In this document: piece after piece, positions 50,201-59,295 of the stretch | How the letters are laid out: each line of letters begins with the position of its first letter | Numbering within the stretch: position 1 is the stretch's first letter | Origin: an uncultured bacterium | Lineage (GTDB): Bacteria; Patescibacteriota; Minisyncoccia; Phycocordibacterales; GWA1-40-21 | Reading direction: 5' to 3' | Assembly: GCA_903831595.1 (NCBI GenBank) | Contig: CAIKXY010000004.1 | Span: 7,152 to 71,151 of the forward strand | DNA length: 64,000 bases | The notes under the pieces: model-generated | The model's database searches: none | Told to the model about the DNA's origin: nothing | Seen by the model: only the letters and a program-made list of their open reading frames with translations | Program-made: the position numbers and the translations under genes

Positions 50201-53200
50201 GCAAATGATGTACCAGATGTTGCATAATTTGTATCTGGAGTACATGGAGTAGTTGAAGCTAAATATGTACAATAATAAACTTGATTACAACCGGATGTAC
50301 TATCAGTACAACTCAAAGTGACAACAATTGGACTTGTATGCCAATTGTTATCAGCATTAGATGATACTGATGATGGTGCTACTGTATCCCATGTCAAACT
50401 AAATGTAGATGAAGCTAAATTACCTGCATTGTCTGTTGCAAGAAGTTTAATTACATATGTACCATCTGTATTAGCAGAAATTGTTGTGTTTGCTGATGTT
50501 GATGAACCAAAAGTAATTGTCCCTGGTCCAGAAACTTTTGACCATAGATACGATGCTATTCCTGAAGTGAGGTCACTAGAGCTAGCACTTGTTGTAAATG
50601 TAGAGCTTGAAGTCATGTTTGAACCAGCACTTACAACTGGAGATGTCGTGTCCCAAATTAGGTTGAATGTTGATGAAGAAGAGTTACCTACATTATCAGT
50701 CACAAGAAGTTTAATTACATATGTACCATCTGTGTTTGCAGAAATTGTTGTGTTTGCTGATGTTGATGAACCAAAAGTAATTGTCCCTGGTCCAGAAACT
50801 TTTGACCATAGATACGATGCTATTCCTGAAGTTACATCACTTGCAGTGGCCGTTGTTGTAAATGTAGAATTTGCAGTTTTGTTTGCACCGGCATTTACTG
50901 TTGGTGGTACAGTATCAACAGTAAATGTACTAGTGGCTGCATTTGCATTAGATGTTGTATTACTATAAGCATCAGTTGCTCTTACATATATCGTATGACT
51001 TCCATCCGCAAGCGTAGAAGCAGTGCAACTAAATCCTTCCGTAGAAGAATTAAAAGCTCCATCAGCTGCAGTACAGTTTATCCAGCTGCCACTCGTTCCA
51101 TCGATTTGATATTGAACATTCGAAACTATTCCTGGATTTGAAAGTGTCCCTGCATCAGTAGATGTTCCGTAAATAGTTGGCGTAGTATTACTCGTGAAAG
51201 CAGCGACACTACCTAAATTAATTGTTGGTGGAGTAATATCAAAAGTCCAGTTTGTATTTCCGCCACCATCAACACAACCAGTGGTACAAAGAAATGCGGT
51301 AGAACTTAAATTTGTTGAGCTTGCGACGTTTAGATATGATAGATTGGTTGTACCAGCTCCGGTTTGGACAAGATTAAAAGTATTTGCAAGAAAATATGAA
51401 CTAGTTGGTGGCGTAAAGTTTGAAGTCCAACGAGCAACACCTTTTGATATTCTAAATTCATCTAAATGTCCATCTAAATAATAAGGACTTCCTGTATAAT
51501 AACCTTCCCACCCAATACGAAGTGGAGTAGATGGTGTATATATAGTGGCTGTGAAAGTGGTACCTCCAACATTTTGTAACACCCCATTAACAAAGAAATA
51601 TATCTTTCCACCTGTTCTTGAAATAGCAATATGGTACCAAGTATTGGTAGAAAAAGCATAAGATACACCTAGTGTGGTAGCAGAGCTTCCTGTTGTAGTG
51701 TACGCAAATTGAAGATGTGTTCCATCTTGCATATTTACATTAAAAGAAAAATCATTAGCACTCACCTCTTGCCCATAAAATGTTACAAAATGGTAAGAAC
51801 CGCCAGTAGAATTTAATCTAACTCTAAAATCTATAGTAAAATCACCCGACCCTAAATTAAAATCGGAACTTGCTGGAGTACTTATATATTTATTTACTGG
51901 AAAATTTCCCGACGCTCCTCCGAATACACTTGTAGAAGTATCAATAGTGCTACTATAAGATGTAAAAGTGTGAAGACCAGATGAACTATCTGTAAAGGTA
52001 GAGGAATTGTTTGCTCCATCCATATGCAACATTAATTTTGTATAACTATCTATTCCACCTGGAATTGGACTAATACTTAAAAGATTATTGAGAGCACCAT
52101 TTAGTGTAAGGTTATTTGTTATTGTAGTTGTATTTAAAGAATCAAGAAGTAAAGATGTTGCTGCTGATGTTGTTTTGGTCAAATTATTAAAAGAATTTGC
52201 ACCAATAATTGATTGTGCTGTTCCATTCAAATTTACACTTCCACTATTACTTGAAAAGGTACCTCCGGAATTTGTCCAGTTGCCACCAACATTAAGCGTA
52301 CCAGATGGAGCTGTAAATGTTCCAGCAGAAAGTGTTAAATTTCCTGGGATTGTTAAATTACTAGTTCCTACAGTGAATGTCCCTCCGGAACCATTAATAG
52401 TCAAATTATTATAAGACCAGTCTTTGATTGCTCTTGTACTTGTAGTCGCCGTATAAGTCACAGTTGAACTAGTAAGGGTTGGCGTGGCAAGTGCACTACC
52501 ACCAACAGCAGTTTCATCCCCAGTAAGTTTAAGATTTGCACTAACATTAAATACGGTCGGAGAAAATTGATACCCAGCTAAATTCAAAGTTCCACTTCCA
52601 GATACTGTAGTAGTTGCAGAATATTGATTTCCTACAAGTGTAACAGTGTTTGAATCAATAGTTGCAATATCATATGGACCAGGATACGCGACGCCTTCTA
52701 TTGTTCCTGATGTTCCCCATGTGGTACTCGCCTGCCAATTACCATTTGCGACGTCATTAAATGTTGTTGGTGCAACAGAACCTCCGTCATTAATGGTCCA
52801 TCCTTTTGCAACAATTGCTGCACGAGCAGTTGCTGGTGTGCCAGTATAATATTGCGATGAACCACCAGTAAAGGTTACGGGGCTTTTTAATGTTTGTGTA
52901 GACCAACCTTGTAAAATTTTACTATAATTTATCGTTGATAATGTATCCCCAGTAAACATGTTTGACATATTTGTAGAACTTGAAACAACCCAATTACCCA
53001 AATTTTGGTTAAAAGCAGAGTCAAATCCAAACATATAATTCATGGTAGTAACTTTGGCTGTATTCCATCCAGAAATATTTTGATTAAATGCACTGTAGTA
53101 AAACATCTGTGACATGTCAGTAACATTCGAAGTATTCCAATTACCTATTGAAGAACTAGCGGCATTGTTAAAAACACCACCAGCACCAGAAAACATGCCA

Positions 53201-55992
53201 CCCATATTTGTAACATTTGAAACATCCCATGAACCCACATTTTGATTAAATTTGGCATCACCGTTAAACATAGAGTACATGTCAGTAACTTTTGAAGTGT
53301 TCCATTTTGAAACATCATAATTAAATTTAGTACTCATAAACATGTAACGCATACTCGTAACATTACCTGTGTTCCAATTTGAAAGATCTTGATTAAAATT
53401 GCTATCATTTCCAAACATACTGGCCATGCTTGTAGAACTTGCTGTATTCCATCCAGAAATATCCTGATTGAATTTTGACTGGTAAAACATCTGTGACATG
53501 TCAGTAACTTTTGATGTATTCCAATTACCTATTGGTTGATTAAATACAACAGTTTGACCGTTGTTATAAAAAACACCTTGCATATTGGTGACATTGCCTG
53601 TATTCCAAGTGTTAATGTTTTGATTAAAGCTATTAGCTGAATCAAACATGTAGGCTATATTTGTAACATTACTTGTATTCCAACTACCGATTGGTTGGTT
53701 AAATAATTTTGTATATTCAAACATATAACTCATATCTGTGGTACTTGCGGTTACCCAATTATTTATTGTTGATGAGCTAGCGTTATTAAATGCAAGAGCA
53801 CTATCAAACATATGTGCCATATTTATCACTTTACTTGTATTCCATGCGCCTAGGTTTGCATCAAACAAATTAGTGTTTTGAAACATATAACTCATATTTG
53901 TAACATTTCCAGTATTCCATCCGCTTATGTCTTGATTGAATGACCCAGCACTATCAAACATATGTGCCATATTTGTTACATTAGACATATCCCAGCTGTT
54001 GATTGACGGTATTGATGTAATTGAACCAGCCCCATCAAAAGCATAGGACATGTTTGTTGTCCCCGTCATGTCTAATGTGTCAGTAGCTGTAATTGTTAAA
54101 TTTGGAGCACCGTAAAAGTATGCCCCACTATTACCAAGTTTTAATATCCCCCATTGACTGATATTTTTTATTTTTCGGTAATCACCAGTATAATTGAAAC
54201 AAATACTTGTTGGTGTTCCTGTAATACTAATAGTGACTGAAGTTGTGCCTGTATTTCCACCAGTGTATGTGTGCGTAGCAGTACTACTTGTACTATTGTC
54301 TCCCCAATCTACAACATATGTTCCAGTTATAGGTAAAACAATAACGCTTGAAGCACTCCCCGCTTTTGTAGTATCCCACGTAGAAATAAAAGGATTGGAT
54401 GGATCCACAACATAATCCACATCTATATTCCCAATAACCTTGAGGTCAAACATGTCTGTGGGAGTTTGTAGGTTTTGTAGAAGTATTCTGTATTTACCAT
54501 TATGATTAATATTATCAAAATTTGGATTTACATTATCATCAACTAAAGCAAGTTGTGGTCCTTCTGTTTGATCACCATTTGCATCTGTGTAAACTGGGTA
54601 AACTTCTATACTTGCTGATGTAGTTGTACCAGATGGTCTTGCATAAATAGTAATGTCATTTTTGTTGGATAAAATAGAATTGAAAGTTGTACGTATATAT
54701 TGTCCATCATTGATGGTAGCGTAGTTTCCATCTTTAGTTGCTACTGTGTCATAGATATCTGCAAGAATACTTTGGTCTGTATCAAGCTGGAAAGCTTTTG
54801 ATATGAAAATAATTTCAAATGTTTGTGTTGAAAGGTGTGGAACTGTCCATTCTACATAGTCGAGCCATCCATCTTTGTTTAGGTCATATGCCTTAAAAAC
54901 AACATTTTGGTCGCCGTTGTTCACCCATTTTATTTTTATCTTATCTTCTTGGCCTACTTTATATATTTTGGGAATGTTTGTAAATGCTAGAACATCTGTT
55001 ATTTGTGTTTCTGGGGTATCTGTAGCAGAGATTGTAACAATCTTTCCTGTATCTGTATTTGCTTCTGTAATAGTTGGTGCTGGAGTCTCAAATGTGACGT
55101 CTACTGTTGTTGATGCAGTAGATGTTCCTGTAGAAGTAGCAGTTGATTGATCAGAGCTTGTGGATGTTGTTGATGAAGATTGTGAATTGTCAGTTGAGGT
55201 GGATGTAGTTGTAGTTGATTGATCTATGGTTGTTGATGCAGAGGTGGTTGATTGATCTTCGGTCGTTGACGCAGTTGTAGTTGATTCATCTTCTGTTGTT
55301 GAAGCGGTAGATGAAGATTGTGAATTGTCAGTTGAGGTGGATTGTACTGATGCAGAATTATCTGGAGTTAGAGTAGAAGAATTATCTGTAGGTGTTGGTG
55401 TTGGTGTTTGATCTGGTGTTGGTGAAACTACTGGTGCAACATCGACAACAGTTGTCTCTGGTTCTGGTGCTGGAGCTACAGCATCTTCAACTGTGGCAAA
55501 CATATTTGATATTGTGTTTGCAATATTATGGAATATTTTTCCCAAAAAACTTAATTTTTTATTTGCTGCAGCATTTTGTTGTTTTATTTTTTCTGCAAAT
55601 TCAAGTGTAGAAGTAGAGTGTATTCTTTTTGCAGCTAATGCTGAAAGTTTCTTTCTGTCTGCATTTGTGAGTTTGGAAATTTTTATTTTAGAAATATTTT
55701 TTAGGGTTGAAGTAGAGACTGTGACTTTTGTTGCAACTTTTGGTATCTCTACTAGGTGTGAGTCTTTATTAATTTGATTTACTGCAATTTTCTTTATCCA
55801 TTTGATTGGCTGGCCTGGGGCTGATGGAATTTGAGTGATAGAAAAGCCTTTCACTATACTGCTAGTAACTTGTGAATTGTTTTGTAAGCCAGAAATTTTA
55901 TAGACACCAAAGACAACAAGAAAAATAGCAATAAAAAAACCAAGAATAGTGCCTGATTTCTTGATTATTTTTAATAAACTGTCTTTAGTCAT
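47272..55992 (-). CDS. Giant surface protein/adhesin (S/T stalk, DUF285/BspA repeats, LamG, Ig/PKD-like domains, carboxypeptidase-regulatory-like domain, C-terminal TM)
   Basis: 2906 aa; ~15 W.T..VT.M..MF repeats; LamG (DFTIDF..WYHIA..DEFRISKG.ARW); D.T.P Ig linkers; DPEGYVYE...NPQ.TD..G.Y.F.V; TM at both ends. Confidence 0.85.
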   Translation of the reverse strand: MTKDSLLKIIKKSGTILGFFIAIFLVVFGVYKISGLQNNSQVTSSIVKGFSITQIPSAPGQPIKWIKKIAVNQINKDSHLVEIPKVATKVTVSTSTLKNISKIKISKLTNADRKKLSALAAKRIHSTSTLEFAEKIKQQNAAANKKLSFLGKIFHNIANTISNMFATVEDAVAPAPEPETTVVDVAPVVSPTPDQTPTPTPTDNSSTLTPDNSASVQSTSTDNSQSSSTASTTEDESTTTASTTEDQSTTSASTTIDQSTTTTSTSTDNSQSSSTTSTSSDQSTATSTGTSTASTTVDVTFETPAPTITEANTDTGKIVTISATDTPETQITDVLAFTNIPKIYKVGQEDKIKIKWVNNGDQNVVFKAYDLNKDGWLDYVEWTVPHLSTQTFEIIFISKAFQLDTDQSILADIYDTVATKDGNYATINDGQYIRTTFNSILSNKNDITIYARPSGTTTSASIEVYPVYTDANGDQTEGPQLALVDDNVNPNFDNINHNGKYRILLQNLQTPTDMFDLKVIGNIDVDYVVDPSNPFISTWDTTKAGSASSVIVLPITGTYVVDWGDNSTSSTATHTYTGGNTGTTSVTISITGTPTSICFNYTGDYRKIKNISQWGILKLGNSGAYFYGAPNLTITATDTLDMTGTTNMSYAFDGAGSITSIPSINSWDMSNVTNMAHMFDSAGSFNQDISGWNTGNVTNMSYMFQNTNLFDANLGAWNTSKVINMAHMFDSALAFNNASSSTINNWVTASTTDMSYMFEYTKLFNQPIGSWNTSNVTNIAYMFDSANSFNQNINTWNTGNVTNMQGVFYNNGQTVVFNQPIGNWNTSKVTDMSQMFYQSKFNQDISGWNTASSTSMASMFGNDSNFNQDLSNWNTGNVTSMRYMFMSTKFNYDVSKWNTSKVTDMYSMFNGDAKFNQNVGSWDVSNVTNMGGMFSGAGGVFNNAASSSIGNWNTSNVTDMSQMFYYSAFNQNISGWNTAKVTTMNYMFGFDSAFNQNLGNWVVSSSTNMSNMFTGDTLSTINYSKILQGWSTQTLKSPVTFTGGSSQYYTGTPATARAAIVAKGWTINDGGSVAPTTFNDVANGNWQASTTWGTSGTIEGVAYPGPYDIATIDSNTVTLVGNQYSATTTVSGSGTLNLAGYQFSPTVFNVSANLKLTGDETAVGGSALATPTLTSSTVTYTATTSTRAIKDWSYNNLTINGSGGTFTVGTSNLTIPGNLTLSAGTFTAPSGTLNVGGNWTNSGGTFSSNSGSVNLNGTAQSIIGANSFNNLTKTTSAATSLLLDSLNTTTITNNLTLNGALNNLLSISPIPGGIDSYTKLMLHMDGANNSSTFTDSSSGLHTFTSYSSTIDTSTSVFGGASGNFPVNKYISTPASSDFNLGSGDFTIDFRVRLNSTGGSYHFVTFYGQEVSANDFSFNVNMQDGTHLQFAYTTTGSSATTLGVSYAFSTNTWYHIAISRTGGKIYFFVNGVLQNVGGTTFTATIYTPSTPLRIGWEGYYTGSPYYLDGHLDEFRISKGVARWTSNFTPPTSSYFLANTFNLVQTGAGTTNLSYLNVASSTNLSSTAFLCTTGCVDGGGNTNWTFDITPPTINLGSVAAFTSNTTPTIYGTSTDAGTLSNPGIVSNVQYQIDGTSGSWINCTAADGAFNSSTEGFSCTASTLADGSHTIYVRATDAYSNTTSNANAATSTFTVDTVPPTVNAGANKTANSTFTTTATASDVTSGIASYLWSKVSGPGTITFGSSTSANTTISANTDGTYVIKLLVTDNVGNSSSSTFNLIWDTTSPVVSAGSNMTSSSTFTTSASSSDLTSGIASYLWSKVSGPGTITFGSSTSANTTISANTDGTYVIKLLATDNAGNLASSTFSLTWDTVAPSSVSSNADNNWHTSPIVVTLSCTDSTSGCNQVYYCTYLASTTPCTPDTNYATSGTSFAFTYSTEGDSVLRYKANDFAGNTTSIYTDSNDLKFDNQLPTVTVATSTFANASTVTFTCDDGVVGSGCYRIYYTTDNTNPSLASQYVEASSSWQFTITSEGDYVLKYFPVDIAGNSGQIITGHRHVDKTAPNTSDNFTNNNIWVNGNQTITLTPNDPAPSSGILWTRYCVDTNNTCSPADGTDYSAPVVIPFEGISYFRYASEDNANNIQTTVSRIVKIDTVAPMTTDTAVTSQTQPYTYSAWTNSNITITLNPADTTSGIATTSYCIDNANTCTPSISYVASVVVSNGGTNYFRYSSIDNAGNIQTIVSRIINIDKTLATISNISPVDNSNIYTGNLVTFTLSKVGDCRLVVSDTAQSYDQMSSGVSCSVNNGIQMSCILPTLGTPGPKNVYIACQDYLGNKDTSSSATHMTYAVPSGRKNYTTASSSLSSISGGGSSSPRYSVSINGGAWTTDDRKVTLQFSTDQLGSATAIIFSNNPDFTNTVTIPYSANNITTTTYDLCQNSTTCPDGKYYVYAKFLDAQGISSPAVSQSITLSTVSIINSISNTTQSIVGNIASTTADILTVILPPKKIEPLALTEVKTTLPSVAPFAILNSWKIITPSSLTDLINTKLPSDYTDIVSKFPEVSSALSKIGVNNMNSILKLNANPISLPGITEAATLSSNTLPIASLSDTQKAKIPTGIVFARTQDEKIDLNVKLSIGNDGLALQTLNTIQGQTMKLIVKPTAPAKNIQGYIIFKSNAVSKKSTLSQVATVASTIIGESQGTQTNDSGITSETDLVLTKFNYKENVDGIWTADVASPLAIGQYELRTVVNFKAASKAPEKISMVVLVDPEGYVYEKQSDGKETRLNNVEVSIYWQNPKTKNYELWPAKDYRQTNPQTTDVTGRYSFLVPAGIYYMTAHLDGYVDYKGDPFQVDESKGVFMNLELKAIFSVAKILNLQNILLLGIFVALVYIGTIFTIRRGKGDKRKNLLYN
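50439..50832. repeat. Near-identical intragenic duplication (130 bp x2, 264-bp period)
   Basis: 50439-50568 vs 50703-50832 differ at 2 positions by eye; encodes the PKD/REJ-like YLWSKVSGPGTITF domain. Confidence 0.9.
52950..54070 (-). repeat. DUF285/BspA-type ~25-aa tandem repeats
   Basis: FNQ.I..WNT.NVT.M..MF repeated about 15 times. Confidence 0.9.
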
Positions 55993-56118
55993 TTATTTTT
56001 TGTGAAAAACTAGATTAAAAATACCTGTGTCATATTTAGGCTTTAATTTTATCATTATAATAAGGAAAATCCAAGGGTTTTTATCAACAAAACCCCGCTT
56101 GAAAGCCAGACTTCCAAG

Positions 56119-57048
56119 TTACTCAGAAAATTTTTGTAGAGTTATCTGCTCCAACTTGACGATATCACTGAATCTACCTTCCGTAGTTGAACCCAAAACA
56201 ACTATAATAACTGGGTGCATAAAACCAGCATCAAAAATTACTGCAAGATTGCCTCCAGCAAGGTTTGTAAAACCAGTTTTTGAAGCAATCAAACCAGATA
56301 TTTTACTCAACGCCTCGTTGGTATTTACGGCACTATGCTTAATATTACTTTCTGAAATAAATGTTTCCTCTTTTTTATTTGTGCTTGAAATTAAAGTAGG
56401 ATCTTTTTTAAGAATAGACTGGAAAAGCGTGGAAACATCATAAGCTGAGCTATACGCACCACTCATATTTGTATCAATATCTAGTCCGGTTTCGTTTATG
56501 AAAATTGTATCATTCATTCCCAAGTTTGCTGCTTTTTCGTTCATTATTTTTACAGTATCTTTATTGTTTACTGCCTCATAATAATTTAGAACCGAAGCTA
56601 CGGCGTGCATTCCATCATTTGACGAAGTAATTAATGAAAAATCTAACAAATCTTTCAATTTCCATTTTTCCCCAACAACAAGTCCTGTGTCACCTTCCAT
56701 TGCTACGTCATCTCTTGTTATTGTAACAATTGTTGTCTCCGGCATAATATCAAAAACGACAAGTCCAGACATGAGTTTTGTAATTGAAGCTAGTGGTAAT
56801 TTAACATGCTCATCCTTAGCAAAAATTGGCTTTTGAGCAACAATGTCATAAACATAATATGATTTTGCTTCAATACTATTTAAAACTGAATCATAATCAA
56901 ACTTTTTTTGTTCAATTGTTTGACCTGATATTATTTTGGTATTTTCACTTTCTTTTTTTGAAGAAAAAACAATACACAAAATAATTACAGCAACTATTGC
57001 TGAAATTATCAGTAATTTATTTTCTTTTATAAAATTTTTGAAATACAT
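56119..57048 (-). CDS. D-alanyl-D-alanine carboxypeptidase (S11)
   Basis: SxxK (SITK), SxN (SSN) and KTG motifs; N-terminal TM. Confidence 0.92.
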   Translation of the reverse strand: MYFKNFIKENKLLIISAIVAVIILCIVFSSKKESENTKIISGQTIEQKKFDYDSVLNSIEAKSYYVYDIVAQKPIFAKDEHVKLPLASITKLMSGLVVFDIMPETTIVTITRDDVAMEGDTGLVVGEKWKLKDLLDFSLITSSNDGMHAVASVLNYYEAVNNKDTVKIMNEKAANLGMNDTIFINETGLDIDTNMSGAYSSAYDVSTLFQSILKKDPTLISSTNKKEETFISESNIKHSAVNTNEALSKISGLIASKTGFTNLAGGNLAVIFDAGFMHPVIIVVLGSTTEGRFSDIVKLEQITLQKFSE

Positions 57049-57671
57049 TATTCTTTTATAGTATCAGTCGGAGTTTCCATCTGACTTTCTAAATCTGCGT
57101 TTGTCTCATCTTGATTTTCTTTTTGTTCTTCAGCTTGTTGTGAATTTTTATAACTTTCAATCTCATTTCTTGCTTCAGTATAATTTGGCATATCTTCTAT
57201 TTTTGTAATACCCATAAAACTCAACATTTCAAATGTAGGTTTGTATAGGAAAACTCTTTGGTCTTTTGGATTTGGAACTTTTTCAATAAGACCGCGAATC
57301 ATCAAATTCCTAATAATAAAACTTGATTGAACTCCACGAATATAATCAATTTCTGAGCGTGATATTGGTCCTTGATAAATAATAATTGAAAGAGTCTCAA
57401 GCCCAGCCCTGCCCAAATCTCGAACAAGCTCTTCTTTTGTAAGTTTTTCAATGAGTTCTGATGTATCTTTTGATGTTCCGAGTGTGACTTCATCATCTTT
57501 AAAAATTAAAACGATCCCTCTATTTGAAAGTGTTGTTTCAAGATTTTTTAATGAAGCTAGAATTTCTTCTTCTTTTTTTTCAAAAATTTGCCCAAGTTTT
57601 TTTATTGAAACTGGCTCACCTTTCCAAAAAAGAACTGATTCTATTTGTTTTTCTAAATTATTTTCTTGCAT
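57048..57671 (-). CDS. scpB: Segregation and condensation protein B
   Basis: LETL.II.YQ.PISR.EI..IRGV, Y..T..FL..MG. Confidence 0.93.
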   Translation of the reverse strand: MQENNLEKQIESVLFWKGEPVSIKKLGQIFEKKEEEILASLKNLETTLSNRGIVLIFKDDEVTLGTSKDTSELIEKLTKEELVRDLGRAGLETLSIIIYQGPISRSEIDYIRGVQSSFIIRNLMIRGLIEKVPNPKDQRVFLYKPTFEMLSFMGITKIEDMPNYTEARNEIESYKNSQQAEEQKENQDETNADLESQMETPTDTIKE

Positions 57672-57683
57672 AATATTTTTTAA

Positions 57684-58166
57684 TTATAAAATATTTCTTT
57701 CCATCCTCTTACTAACTTCTTTGAAACCAAAACTTGTCCAAACACTTACGCCTAATTTATTCTTTGTATCTACCAGGAGTTCAATTTTTTTAATTCTCTT
57801 TTTCTTAAGAATATCTACTATGTAATTAAAAATCATTTTCCCTAATCCCAATCCTCTATATTTCTTTTGAAGATACATCGTGTCCAAAAAAGCAATCTTA
57901 TCTAAAATAAATATTGACGTTGATTTGTGAATTTTAAAAGAAAAAAATCCAATTGATTTTTCATTTTTCTCAACAACATAATAATATGTATTTGATTTTT
58001 TAATGTCTCTAGATATAAACTTTTTATATATTGGTGCAAGTGCTCCACCTTTTTTATATCGCTTATCAAAATTACGATGGTAATCTAAAATTTCCTGATC
58101 ACTTTCAACAAGAAATGGTATATCTTTTTTTGTCGCTCTATAAATATTAATTTTATCTTTCTGCAT
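57684..58166 (-). CDS. GNAT family acetyltransferase
   Basis: YRGLGLGK motif A, N..G..VW.SFGF; start at MQKDKINI. Confidence 0.85.
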   Translation of the reverse strand: MQKDKINIYRATKKDIPFLVESDQEILDYHRNFDKRYKKGGALAPIYKKFISRDIKKSNTYYYVVEKNEKSIGFFSFKIHKSTSIFILDKIAFLDTMYLQKKYRGLGLGKMIFNYIVDILKKKRIKKIELLVDTKNKLGVSVWTSFGFKEVSKRMERNIL

Positions 58167-58176
58167 TTTTTTATAA

Positions 58177-58905
58177 TTAATACGACGGCACACCAACGTG
58201 CTTTGTTTCCATATGTATATCTTCAAATTTATCTCTCTGATTGACTTCTATTATACCTTGTTTTACAAGCTCTAGCATGGCTAAAAAACTAACAATTACA
58301 TTGATTTTTTCTGCTTTTCCCATACCTGAAAAATCTTTAAAACTCATTTTTAATGACGACTTGACTCTTTCTGTAAGACTAACAATCATTTCTTCCAAAC
58401 TCACCACCTTTGTTACTTTTAATTTTGGTTTTACTTCAAATTTTGGCAAATTTTTAATAACATCAAAAATTGCGCTTGAGATATTTTCTTTAGTCATTTT
58501 ATTGTCTGGAGAAAACACTGGCTCCATTTTTCTAGCGTTTGGAAAGAAAATTATTTGTTTACCAAAATTCTTTTTTATGAAAACACTAAGCTCTTTTATT
58601 TTTTTGTAAATTTTTAATTTCAACTCCAAATCTCGCATATCAGTTTGCTCTTCTTCAGAAAGATTTAGACTTGGAATCAAAGATCTTGATTTAATAAGTA
58701 AAAGTGTAGATGCAACAACTAAAAATTCTGAGGTATCTTTTATCGAATATGCTTCCCTATTTTGTAAATGAGCAATAAAATCATCTGTTACCTTTGCCAA
58801 AGAAACATCATTGATAAGCAGTTTTCTTTTTTCTATAAGAGAAAGCAGCAAGTCTAGTGGACCCTCAAAAACTTCTGTCTTAATTTTAAATTGATTATCG
58901 TTCAT
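58177..58905 (-). CDS. scpA: Segregation and condensation protein A (kleisin)
   Basis: FEGPLDLLL.LI, EFL..AS.LL.IKSR.L.P, FLA.LEL. Confidence 0.95.
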   Translation of the reverse strand: MNDNQFKIKTEVFEGPLDLLLSLIEKRKLLINDVSLAKVTDDFIAHLQNREAYSIKDTSEFLVVASTLLLIKSRSLIPSLNLSEEEQTDMRDLELKLKIYKKIKELSVFIKKNFGKQIIFFPNARKMEPVFSPDNKMTKENISSAIFDVIKNLPKFEVKPKLKVTKVVSLEEMIVSLTERVKSSLKMSFKDFSGMGKAEKINVIVSFLAMLELVKQGIIEVNQRDKFEDIHMETKHVGVPSY

Positions 58906-59294
58906 TATTTTTTAAGTATTTTATCAGCAATTTTCTTTAATTCTTCAATTTCCACAGATTTTTTATTTTTTGAGTCCATCTCATTCATTTTATTGATTGG
59001 TATTAAATGAATATGGATATGCGAGACCCCAAAACCTTCGACAACCATACCAATACGTTTTGATTGTAATTTTAATTTTAATATTTTTGCGAGGTTTTTT
59101 GCTTTTAATAATAACTCGCAGTATTTATTGTCTTCTATATCAAAAATATACTCATCATGTTGTTTTGGTATTAGTAATGTGTGTCCAGTGTTTATTGGGT
59201 TTACATCTAAAAATGCAAGATAATTCTCGTCTTCCCAAATCTTCACGCAAGGAATTTCTCCCTTAATTATTTTACAAAAAATACAATCTTCCAT
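58905..59294 (-). CDS. HIT family protein
   Basis: CIFCKI, GHTL.IPK, HIHIH triad. Confidence 0.93.
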   Translation of the reverse strand: MEDCIFCKIIKGEIPCVKIWEDENYLAFLDVNPINTGHTLLIPKQHDEYIFDIEDNKYCELLLKAKNLAKILKLKLQSKRIGMVVEGFGVSHIHIHLIPINKMNEMDSKNKKSVEIEELKKIADKILKK

Positions 59295-59295
59295 A

